64,000 nucleotides of DNA from positions 46,252,001 to 46,316,000 of the forward strand of contig OZ241831.1 in assembly GCA_965202585.1 (NCBI GenBank), written 5' to 3'. The translations under genes were made by a program, and so were the position numbers. A model generated the notes under the pieces. The model saw only the letters and a list, made by a program, of their open reading frames with translations. It did not search any database and was not told the DNA's origin. Position 1 is the first letter of the stretch, and every line of letters starts with the position of its first letter. Positions 1 through 11,018 of this stretch are shown in pieces. Source of the stretch: Thalia democratica (taxonomy: Eukaryota).

Positions 1-3000
1 AAAATAGAAACATTTCAGTAAATGTTTTTGAAACTATCTTTGCAAGCTCATTTTAATGATTATATAAAATTACAGCTTATAAAAAGTTGTTTAAAATTTT
101 CTTCATACAAATCCTGCTGCAATTAGAGTTGTTTACAAAATGAACAAATGTTTAGATACTTCTTCCAATAGTCAGTTATTATTATTTTTATTAGACTATG
201 TAAGCATTTGAGAGATTTGTATTGATAACATCATTATCTAATAACAACGAATCATTTTTGTTAGGTATTTCCCTAACTATTTTAAATCTCTATTTAATGT
301 TAGAGAACTTTTAAGACTTTATTTTCAAAACAATGTTCACTCAAAAAAAGAAATTGAATACGTTAATGTTAAATTATTATTGAAATAAATGTTCTACTTG
401 AATAATAATCTATTATCAACTGATCTTTTTGACTGAGACATTGCTTTGAAAATAAAAACTTAGAAAATTCTAACTATATTATTCTCCTGATCAGTAAGTT
501 GAGATATTTAAGTATTGTCTTTAAAGAGTCAAGTATACTTAAAGGTCAGTCTGATTTGAATATTTGCTAAGTCAAAAAAAAAAGCTTTTTTAATGTAATT
601 TTTATTTCAGTTATAAAAACTTTATTTTTGAACAACTTTCAATTTGTTTGGGTAAGGTGGGTTAGGGACAAGGGTATAAATAAAAAAGGTTTAGGAAAAT
701 TTGTCGACTCATTAAGTGTGCAAATCAGATTGATCTTTAAGTATACTTTCTTTTTAAAGATAAAAGTTTCACAAACGCTAGAGATTATGAGAGGGCATAT
801 CTGATTCAGAGGACCAAATTGACCAAAAAATATTTTCGGTCCAAGCTAATTACATAAAAACATTCACGGGCACATAACTTTGAAGTTTTTTTTATAAAAG
901 AAACTCTTTGAATAAATTAATGTAATACAATATGTATGTTCCGTTGATCTTTTAGAAAAAAACATAATTAAATAAACATTTTGAGAATTCACGAATTTTC
1001 TGTACAAGTATTTGTTTTTATTGAGAGTATAGATAACTTTTGGAGTAAAAATGTTTAAAAAGAAAGTACATTTGAAAACACTTTATGTTTTTTTATTATT
1101 TAAGCGGTTGTTTTATTTTTGGTTTGGTTTAAAAACTTAAATTAAAAAAATATTTTTCATTAACTTTTAACAGAATAGATTGTAAAATTATGTGGTGTAC
1201 GACCCGATAACTGAAAGGTTTTTTTTTGTACACCAGTTCCTTAGACCAAACTATTTGAGCGCTTTTTTTTGTCATTCAACAAACAACATATTCAACTTAG
1301 ATTAGATAAATACTTGCATATTGGTCACTGTAAAAGCTTAAAACTCAAATCATCTTATACTAATTTGGTTTTTGAACAGAAAAGAGAATATACTTTTTGC
1401 ATAATTGTTTTTCAAGTGTTTAATTGAAAAAATATTTACTAGCTTTTACTTACAAATTTTCCAAGGCTGTCACTAAGACCACTACGCCATGAGGTCACGG
1501 ACAATAAGTTATTGTATATATAAGTTTAAAATGTACTAGTAAAGAGATAAAAGCAAAAAAATACTTGGTATACCATTTGAGTGTCTTCCAGAAAGATTTT
1601 TAGACATAGTTCGTTAAAAGAGACTAGATATTTAGTGGCCTCTAAAAAGTTACAAAGCTGCAGAAAAAAAAACTTTGTTTGAAGGTTTTACTTTAGATAA
1701 TGTTTGATACATATATATATACAGTTAAATTTAGGTCAGTTATACATAAACTAATTCTAAAAGCAATAACTTTATTTTACCTTGAAGCAATTGAAGCATT
1801 TTGATCTAAAAAGTTTACTAAAGACTTTTTATTTGTAAATGTTAATACAACAAAAATCAACTCCAAAATGTTTAACGCCATATTTAAACTAAAAACCCGA
1901 TTTTTAATACCAAACTTATTGTTATAACATACAGTATATAAACCAGTGTTCCGTAGTCTATAATTTCAATATTTCAAATTGATATAAAAGTTCAACTCCT
2001 GCACTACTTTGGCTTAATTTTTATAAGGAGTAGTCAAAACATTTACCAAGTTTTTCCATATAAACACAACAATTTTTACTGATAATTGCGTTGAAATTAC
2101 AAAACCTTTCAGATAAAAAATACTTCAATACCGTGAGTCAGTCACTAATATTTAGTTTAGTATATACCCCTAATCATTTTCTTGAATTCAGATAGAAGTT
2201 AAAAAGATTTATTAATTATAAAATGAAAGCTTATGTCAGCCAGTAGCAATTTTGATTAACTTTTAACTAATACTAATAAAAAGTGCAAGTTTATTTAATT
2301 TATTTATTTTTAGAATTATCCTAAATTTCTACAATTATGTACTAATTATGTTAAAAAACTGATAAATTATGAGAAAAGTGCCTTCTTTAAAACCTAGCAA
2401 TTTTATTACCAAATAATATAAAACCAATAGAAACAGTTTTCAAAATTTGATAAAAAGTCTGACTAAAATAATAAGCCCAAACTTTCTAAATTAGTTTAAA
2501 TGAAAGATGTTTTAATACAAACATATATTTCACTTAGAATATTTTAAAAGTTTGTTTTTTGTAAAGTAGTTCCTATGTAAAACTAACTCGAACCACAAAA
2601 CTAAAACAAGATTGTCAAAAATTTTTATAAACTTTTACATTTAATTTTACAATTTATATCAAAAATATTTAACTTAAAATCTATTAAACAATGTTCTTAT
2701 CTAGCAAATTTTACAATTATCAGTAAAAGAAGTAACACAACGATATTAAAATACAATGAAAAAAATGCACAAACAGAAAAGTTTTTTTTATAAAAAAGTC
2801 ATAAAGAAATAAAATTTATTGAGCACTTTAATATGCTTCAACAACTTGTAGACAAAATAAAAACTATTTTATTAAACTAAAACAATAACTTTTTTTATAT
2901 TTAATGCGAAAATATTCTAAAATAATGTTATAAATAGTTTATATAACAACTTCACATAAACTTGTTTAAAATTTTAATTAAAATACCATTATTAACATTC

Positions 3001-5891
3001 ATAAAAAATTGAAAAATCTTTCTATAATTAAGTATCAAAATTATTAAAATAGTTTTTAAAAATAAACTTTAGAAACATATTCTAGAATTTTGAAATGTTA
3101 CCCAGAAAAATCATCAAATTTAGTATTTTTAATTAAAACACTGTTATGATTAACAAAACGTAAAAATAAAGTTTGTTTATCATTTAACAAAACTATCTAA
3201 GATGATATTTATACGATAAAACAAGAAAAAAATAATAATCAACAATATAAATTGAGGTAGTAATTATGAATGCAAAAATTATTTTTATTTCAACTGTTCA
3301 ACTATGAAATTTTGTTTTGATGCGAATTGAATAGTGAACTTACAATTAACGTTGCTCACATATGTGCTTGGAATTACTAAAATGTTCTTCCAAGATGTTA
3401 CCAGGTATGTACTGATGTTCGCTGTAAAACATTTTAAATTAACTACCACGGTTGGTCTAAAAGAAGTTAGAAATATTTTAGTTATTCTTTTTTTTTATTG
3501 TTATACTTTATTATATTTATGTTATATTTGTTTAAACTGAAAACTAAACCAAAGTTATAGAAAATATAAATAGACTTATTACTAACACTTGATAGTTAAA
3601 ACAAATTTTTAATTGAAAATAAGAAAAGTTTAACTAAATTTTATTAATAACTTAAAACAAATTACCTAGTTGTTATACTTGGTCTTACAAACTAAGAAAA
3701 AAGGTGGTTAAAAAGTATCTTAATTTATGCAGGTTTATTACTCATTCATTAAAATAAACTTGTATGGAAAATTTATAAAAAAGTTTCTTCATTAGAGAAA
3801 ATTTATAATTTTTTTTAGAAATACTTTGACCTTTTTTCTTTAGCAACTAAAAAAGTTATAAATTATCAGATAGGTTTTAACGTGTTTTATTGCATGTTTA
3901 TTAAATAAAATTGTTCAACTGAACAGTTAAATATATATTATAATTTAAGCTTAAAAGTTGTTAAACATATGTTATCTTTATGTTTAAATTCGGTATGAAA
4001 CACACAAAAGCAAAATATTAATTTTTAGATTTTTTAACCCACTGAATAAAAATAAAAGCAAAATATACAAAACCCTTTTATATTTGCATTTTTGAAATTG
4101 ACTAACTTAAAATTGTTTGCTTAAGACGTTTTTATGTTTTAAACTAAAAAACTAACTAATTTTTTACTAACTTAAACTTAACAAATTTAAATGACCACAC
4201 TTTATTTGTTTATGATGTTTGGTACAAGTAGGAATTATCATTTGTTTCTATTTGTTGTTATTAGAGACGTATTTAATTCTAAAACATTTAACTTGCCTAG
4301 AAGTAGTCTGAAACTATCCACAATTAAAAAAAAAACAAAAATATATACAAATATGTTTTGTTATAAAGTATTTAAACTTAAATAAAACTATGATAAATAT
4401 TTTACTGGTTACATAGTTTAGAACCTAAACAACTGCTTGTAAATCCAATTGTGAATGATTTTTCAATTTTTTTTATTAATACTTGTGTTAAGCTAAAGGT
4501 GCAATTATGAAATTAAATTTGAAAACCCTGGTCTAAAACACATATACAGCAAGCACATTAGACAAGCATTGTAGGCCAAAATCTATACAGAAACCTAGAA
4601 AACATTTTTAGAAATTATTTTTTTTTTTCGTTTCACATCTTCAACTATAAAAATACTTCTTTATAAGAATGCTAATCATTTTGCTCGAAATCCACACAAC
4701 TGATGTAAGTCTAAGTAGTACAGAAATTAAATTTTATTAATTTTAAGATAACACTTTTATTATGTAGTTTGTTGGGTAGAATTTTACAACTTTTTACAAA
4801 TTAAAAGAATATTTTAAAGGTAAATTATTTTTTTTTAGTATTATTTGAATTTTGTCGCTTATTTTTTTTTTTTATTGTTGCTTATCTTAGTTAAATTACT
4901 GATCAACTGTTTTATATATGTATATATGAATTGTGAATGTCTAAATAATTAATTTTTGCTCAATTATGCTAATTAGTGTCAATTGATTCCTTCTGATGTA
5001 ACCTCTAACTATTTATTTACTCAAAATTTAATTTTAAAATTAGTTGCTAACAAAAGTAAATGAAAAGCGTTAGCCGAAATCGAATTTATTTGTTGCTTGC
5101 TTTAGATGTTTTTGAATGAATATTGTCTTAGATTTCTGTACAACTTTGGGTAAAATAAAAAAGTTATGTTAGACTTGAAAGCTACATTATTACAAACAAA
5201 CCAAATCATTTATGAGTTGCACTACATATTAATAGTCAAAGCCATAAATGTGTTCAACTAGTTGTTTGCATTTTGTTTGTTTTTATCATAAAAGTTTTTC
5301 CAACACTTGTTTTCATAACTAGCGAACTTGAAGAAGCTTAAGAAATAACCACTACTCGATATTATGAATCGCCCCCTTTTCTACTTAACATAATATATTA
5401 TAATTTACTAGCATTTACTTTTTCCATTTCTTATTAGTTAGATCCCCCTGATGGCCAAAACAAGCTATTTTATATGTTTTCGTTTTACCTATCGTAATTT
5501 TTTCTTTTATAGTTAAAAAAATGCTTATTTTTTAGCTCTATATATCCTTGAAACGAAACATTTCTCTTTATTATTTTAAACAAATATTTTTGAAAGTTTG
5601 GATTTAAATCAATATAGTTTTATAAACGGAGTTTAAAAATTATGAAAATTTCAGGTAGAGCAAAACGAAAATATTTAATTTTTTTATGGCATGAAATAAG
5701 TTTTCTTTAAATAGAAAGTAAGTTAAATAAAAGTAAAAATATGCATAGTACTGTCTTACACACTGCATTTTACTACAAAAAACAAAAAGTAACTTAATAA
5801 ACTATAATTTTAACAAAACCATAAAATTTTTGTACAAAAAATAGTTACAATGAAAAAAATTCATTTATAAGTAAGTATTTAACATTGGGAG

Positions 5892-6298
5892 CCGATCATT
5901 TCTAACCCGCTATCATTTCTAACCCGTTCACTTCTAACCCGATCGTTTCTGACCCGATCACTTCTAACCCGACCATTTCTAACCCGATCACTTCTAACTC
6001 GATCACTTCTAACCTGATTACTTCTAACCCGATTACTTCTAACTCGATTATTTCTAACCCGATCACTTCAAACCGATCATTTCTAACCCGATCATTTCTA
6101 GCCTGATCACTTCTAACCCGATCACTTCTAACCCGATCGTTTCTAACCCGATCACTTATAACCCGATCACTTCTAACCCGATCACATCTAACCCAATCAT
6201 TTCTAACCCGATCACTTCTAACCCGATAATTCCAAAAAGAGCATTTCTAACCCGATCACATCTAACCTGATCACTTCTAACCCGATCGTTTCTAACCC
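5892..6298 (+). repeat. 15-bp minisatellite, consensus (C/T)TTCTAACCCGATCA, about 27 degenerate units
   Basis: Directly visible tandem array; the reverse complement of the unit (GGGTTAGAA(A/G)TGATC) forms the array at 28035-28432. Confidence 0.95.
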
Positions 6299-6816
6299 AT
6301 TCTACTTATTTTTTTTTTCTTATCTGGATTTCATACAAAAACAAACTAGTCTTAATAAAGTTATGATATATATATATATTTTTAGTTTCTTTTAAACATT
6401 ATTGTGTTAATGTTTTACGCAAAAAACTTCGTTAGTATAAATTTTATTTTTAGTATTAACTTAACATAAGTTTAATTTATTTTTATTACCTCATTTTTTG
6501 ATATTTCATCCTACACTTAATTTAAATTTTTTTCATTATTTCATATTTTTTGTTCTTTCAATCTACTTAAACAGACGTTTTTCGTTAATCATATACAATT
6601 TACTAAATCGTTTACTTTATAATGTTTTGAACTCTTCTTGTAGGATTTTAAAGTAAGCAGTTATAACTATATTTAATTAGGATATTATAGTATTTCACGT
6701 GACTATAGAAATGCTAACATAAGCAAATTTTAAAAAGTAAACCTTTACAATATTGATATTCAGATTTAAAAATCTTTATATTACGGTCTAAAAACTACAT
6801 TGTAAGTCTGTTGTAA

Positions 6817-6820
6817 ATGT
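6817..6820. repeat. Left copy of 4-bp target-site duplication ATGT
   Basis: ...taaATGT|TATAACC at the left end and ...CTTGTTATA|ATGTtg at the right end (25107-25110). Confidence 0.85.
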
Positions 6821-7499
6821 TATAACCACTGACCGATGGCTCGGTCGTAGTTAGGTTAGGTAATTGCTTATTATTGCTTTTCGCCTTAGTTTGCGACCGC
6901 GTCATGCGTTTTATGTCGTCCATCGATAAGCGTTTGGACGACATGAAATCTTAGTTAAAATATATATATATAATATTAAAACGTTCTAATATATATTCTA
7001 ATATATATTCTAATATAATTATAAAACGTTCTAATGGAACGATCAATAACTTTAATGTATTGAGCTTATTTATAATCTAGTATCTAGAAAACAACTTTAA
7101 GTGAATGGTGAATTTATATACATTTAAAAACAAAACACGACAATGTGATAAAGTAACGTGATGAAGTTCTACCACAACTGACTCGAGGTTTTCTTAAGCT
7201 TAGTGACTGTACGCTGGTTACAATTTACAAAACTCAAGCAATTCTACTATCCTTTGCAGAGCTTCTATTCCCTTTGCCCAATCCGTCAACAACCCCACAA
7301 CAACCCAAAACATCCTTTTAACACACTAAGAAAAACTTATTTATTTTTTTACTCTCTTCTCTACTTACTACGTCACGCACAAGTCTTTCTGTAATTTTCC
7401 ACTTAAAACTTTGACTCCTTTGATGTAAATTCCACTTAACTTATCTTTGACTCCTTCATTGTACTTCTCGAAACAAGTAGTAAACTACTACTTGTTATA
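6821..7499 (-). repeat. 3' LTR (679 bp)
   Basis: Matches 24428-25106 at offset 17607; I found one mismatch (7119 T vs 24726 A). Termini are the 6-bp inverted repeat TATAAC/GTTATA. Confidence 0.95.
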
Positions 7500-7519
7500 C
7501 TACCCTTCCTACCTTACTT
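7500..7519 (-). promoter_or_regulatory. Polypurine tract (PPT), sense AAGTAAGGTAGGAAGGGTAG
   Basis: Purine-rich run directly abutting the start of the 3' LTR on the sense strand. Confidence 0.85.
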
Positions 7520-7583
7520 AATTGATTTGTTTTTATCTTCTGAGTGCTAAAATATTTGAAGTTATTTTCTCGTTCTAGCTTTT

Positions 7584-7625
7584 GAAACAAGTAGAAGCTA
7601 CTACTTGTTATACTACCCTTCCCTA
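7584..7625 (-). repeat. Second copy of the PPT plus the first ~30 bp of the LTR, 113 bp upstream of the true junction
   Basis: gaaacaagtagaagctactacttgttatactacccttcc (7584-7622) vs gaaacaagtagtaaactactacttgttatactacccttcc at the 3' LTR start. Confidence 0.85.
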
Positions 7626-8184
7626 ACTTCGTTTTTTTTTTTAATAATCTAAATGAGCACTTGTAGTTTGTATTTACTTTTGCTAGGCTAAAACCTCTAC
7701 CCAACTTAAGACACTGCACCCAAAAAAAACCTCACTACAGTCGTTAGTAGAACTAAGAAAAAGTTAAATTACGAAATTAATTTTTTACAGGAAACTGTAA
7801 AACTTTACCTTAAAACATGAATTGTTCGAGACTCAAAATATGAGAAAATAAACACGAAAAAATTATGCTAGTATTTAAATTTACTGGAAGTCTCTATCAC
7901 TTCTTAATCTAAGTTTGAACAATGTTAATTTGGTTAAGCATGACAAAATAAAAAGCATTTTCATTGAAATAAAAATAAAATTCTTTAATAAAACAATAGT
8001 TTTCAGATTAATAGTTATTTTTAAATACTAAGAAAAACATTTTTTTGTAGAAATACACTAATATAGTTTTTTAAAACGATTAAAAAAATTAATTATAAGA
8101 TGTTAGCAATTACACACAATTTTTAAAACAGAAAAAAAAAATTAATTAATACCTAAGCTACAATTTGTCTTGTAAGTTCACGTA

Positions 8185-8452
8185 CACAGCTTCTCGTTGA
8201 TAGGAACCTTCCGTTGCTGGAAAAGGAAATCTCTCGGACAAGGGGTTCGTTCTTCTGGGGAAAACTCGTAAAACACAGCTTCTCGTTGATAGGAACCTCC
8301 CGTTGCTGGAAAAGGAAATCTCTCGGACAAGGGGTTCGTTCTTCTGGGGAAAACTCGTAAAACACAGCTTCTCGTTGATAGGAACCTCCCGTTGCTGGAA
8401 AAGGAAATCTCTCGGACAAGGGGTTCGTTCTTCTGGGGAAAAACTCGTAAAA
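8185..8452. repeat. 89-bp tandem repeat, 3 near-identical copies, in the 3' untranslated part of the retroelement
   Basis: Units start at 8185, 8274 and 8363 (cacagcttctcgttgataggaacc...ctcgtaaaa). Confidence 0.95.
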
Positions 8453-8511
8453 CCTTGGTGGAAAAGTGCTAGGGACTTAAAACTTAGCTTGATTGAGAGG
8501 AAAACAGAGTG

Positions 8512-10590
8512 CTACATCGAACTCGGTTTGTCTTGTCCGAAAAACTCTGGTGTATTTAAATTTGTCTCATTTACACAAGGGAACCAATGCGACAAATGAT
8601 CTTCGTTTTTAAACGTTTCTTCTATTTCCGGAAAAGTTCTAGCTTCTTTAGAAACCGATTTCAAGGCCGTTCCCACCTGGAGGCAGTTCGAGATTCCGTG
8701 CGACTGTTCCATAACCTCGGCTGTCCCATCTCTTTCATCTCCATTTTTCCAAATCTTTGATAATAACCCTCCGTCATTTGCTACTTTCTCTTTTTCTTTT
8801 TTTATAGATGACTTCGAGATTCCGTGCGACTGTTCCATAATCTCGGCTGTCCCATCTCTTTCATCTCCACTTTTCCAAATCTTTGATAATAACCCTCCGT
8901 CATTTGCTACTTTCTCTTTTTCATTTTTTAAAGATGACTTTTGTTTTTTATTCAATTTTTTACTGTCTGTCTCAATCTCTTCCTTTCCTGTGTCTCTATA
9001 TTTCATCTTGATATTTGGTTTATCCTCGGACGCAGTTCTTTTCACGACATTGATATCAATATCTCCACATTGAATAGAAAACAGGTGGTGTGTATTTGTT
9101 TTTGCTTTGCAAAATCTCTCGAGTCCATCTTGAATGGTCAAGCAACTCATTTTTTCATCTTCTATATTTTTCAGTTTAAGCTCTTTAACTTGTTGTTTCC
9201 ATTTGACTATTTCTTTACTATGTTTTTCTTCATGCTCTTTGTTTGCCTGTTTGAGTTCCTTTAACTCTTTCAAGAGATTTGTTATTCTTAGTTTTTTAGT
9301 TCTTAGTTTTTCTTGGACGTTTTCCTTTTTTCTCTTTTGCTTATTTAATCTTTCTTGTAATATTTCAATGGTATTGTTGGCATTAAGTATTTTGTCACAA
9401 AGCTCAGTTCCTTCCTTTCTTAAATTTATTCCGTCCTGCGTTAAGTCATTTATAACTTCACTTTTTTTTCTAAGTTCGGCTTTTAACCTTTCTACTTCAG
9501 TTCCCAAAAATTCCATTGCCCCTTTCACGCTAGAATCATTAAATGATTGTACAGCTTTCTTTATGAGTACTTCTTGTAAAAGTTCCACTAACTCATTTTC
9601 TTGGAGAGTTTCTTCCCCTTCATGTGTAACATTTGAAAGATTTTTTTCATCCTCAATTACCATAACTTTTGTTGCATCCTTTTCTTTAATAACCTCTTTT
9701 TGTTTGACCATTTTCTTGACATTTTTTTGGTCGTAGGCAAGGTGAGACTCTTTAGAATTTTTAACAAAACTTCCCACATCTTCGAGGTTGTTAGATCTTT
9801 CCTTTGCAACTTCCATTTCACTTAAAGTGTGCTTTTTTAGCTTAGTTGATGATTCATTTTCCACTCCTTCAGATATCTCCGTCTCTTGCATTTGAACTTT
9901 GCTATTTTCTTTTCGTTTCTCCTCCGTCGTATGTAAAATTTTTACACCAGATTGAGTTCGTACCTTTTGTGGTTTTGTTTCTTGAATCGTACCATCTTCT
10001 TTTTGCTTTTTGTTAGTTGTCTGGGCTGCCTCTTCGCTAGTTGGCGTTCGTGCTCTTTTCGTTGGCATAGTAACCTGCTTCCCACTATTTCCTTTTTGTA
10101 TGTTATTTGTCGAGGAAAATGTCCTATCTCCTGATTGCGTTTCTACTTTTCTTGATCTCGTAGCGCTGATATTTATTTTCATATGACTCTCCTGAATATT
10201 TTTTGATGTTGTCCATGACCCTTCATTAGATTGCCATCGTCTCGATGGCATTGTATTCCTACTCACATTCCTAGTTGGTTCGTATCTTGATTTGTTGAGT
10301 CTCATAACTTCTTCTCTTCTTGGCTGGTTATTTCTTAATGAATAGTTTGATCGTCTATAATATGAGGACCTGGAAGGTGGCGTTCTTCTATTGTCCCAGC
10401 GATAATAACTATTTGTTCGACGTATAATTCTTCTGTTTTCCGTTCTACCGTCATATCTTCTATCTTCAGAATCATATTTGTCTCTTCTGTGATCACAATT
10501 TTTGTTTCCATCGATTTCTGTTAAACTATCAGTTTCGCTTGCCAACAAAGACACAGCGTCTTCGGATTTGTTCGTGCTGTTACAACTCAT
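8512..10590 (-). CDS. Retroelement ORF3, 692-aa protein of unknown function: Arg/Ser/Tyr-rich basic N-terminus, central coiled coil, duplicated 42-aa C-terminal unit
   Basis: 2.08-kb uninterrupted ORF in AT-rich DNA, ATG preceded by AAAA, same strand as gag-pol and env, inside the LTRs. No family recognised. Confidence 0.85.
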   Translation of the reverse strand: MSCNSTNKSEDAVSLLASETDSLTEIDGNKNCDHRRDKYDSEDRRYDGRTENRRIIRRTNSYYRWDNRRTPPSRSSYYRRSNYSLRNNQPRREEVMRLNKSRYEPTRNVSRNTMPSRRWQSNEGSWTTSKNIQESHMKINISATRSRKVETQSGDRTFSSTNNIQKGNSGKQVTMPTKRARTPTSEEAAQTTNKKQKEDGTIQETKPQKVRTQSGVKILHTTEEKRKENSKVQMQETEISEGVENESSTKLKKHTLSEMEVAKERSNNLEDVGSFVKNSKESHLAYDQKNVKKMVKQKEVIKEKDATKVMVIEDEKNLSNVTHEGEETLQENELVELLQEVLIKKAVQSFNDSSVKGAMEFLGTEVERLKAELRKKSEVINDLTQDGINLRKEGTELCDKILNANNTIEILQERLNKQKRKKENVQEKLRTKKLRITNLLKELKELKQANKEHEEKHSKEIVKWKQQVKELKLKNIEDEKMSCLTIQDGLERFCKAKTNTHHLFSIQCGDIDINVVKRTASEDKPNIKMKYRDTGKEEIETDSKKLNKKQKSSLKNEKEKVANDGGLLSKIWKSGDERDGTAEIMEQSHGISKSSIKKEKEKVANDGGLLSKIWKNGDERDGTAEVMEQSHGISNCLQVGTALKSVSKEARTFPEIEETFKNEDHLSHWFPCVNETNLNTPEFFGQDKPSSM

Positions 10591-11018
10591 TTTTAATTAA
10601 ACAAAAATGCTGTTAAGAAGAATAATTGTTATCCAAACGTTATTATATATATATTTTATTTATTTATTTATTTTTTTAATATTTTTATATTTTTTAACCA
10701 ACTCATGTTTTATTTTTTTATTTTTGGACAAATATTATTTTCAGTAAATTTTATAAGTTCATATTACTTACTTTACTCTATTGTTTCAATGCATTCTCAA
10801 TTTAAGTATACTGTGGCTCTGTTTTTTATTTTTTTTTTATTTTTTTTTTTTATTTTTTTTTTTATTTTTTTTTTTTTTTTGAAAGTGATGTGATGAAGAA
10901 ATAATGTGATTAATATTATAATAATTATCCCTGACCTTGTTGCTAATGAAGGAAAAAGGAAAAACAAAAAAAAATAATAAAACCAATATATACATGATCA
11001 GTAACGGCCACCTATTTC

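Noticed and set aside
1-5890. Short ORFs 3334-3540 and 4191-4385
   Set aside because: Background base composition, non-ATG start or low complexity, no motifs; treated as intergenic DNA.
7203-7394. 63-aa plus-strand ORF present in both LTRs (also 24810-25001)
   Set aside because: GTG start, antisense to the element, and duplicated only because the LTRs are duplicated; no motif.
8153-8599. ORFs of 88 aa (minus) and 98 aa (plus) over the 89-bp repeats
   Set aside because: Built from the tandem repeat, with the frame shifting between units; no coding signature.
8941-10134. Plus-strand ORFs of 107, 200 and 60 aa rich in Phe/Ser/Leu
   Set aside because: Antisense shadows of the Lys/Glu-rich ORF3.
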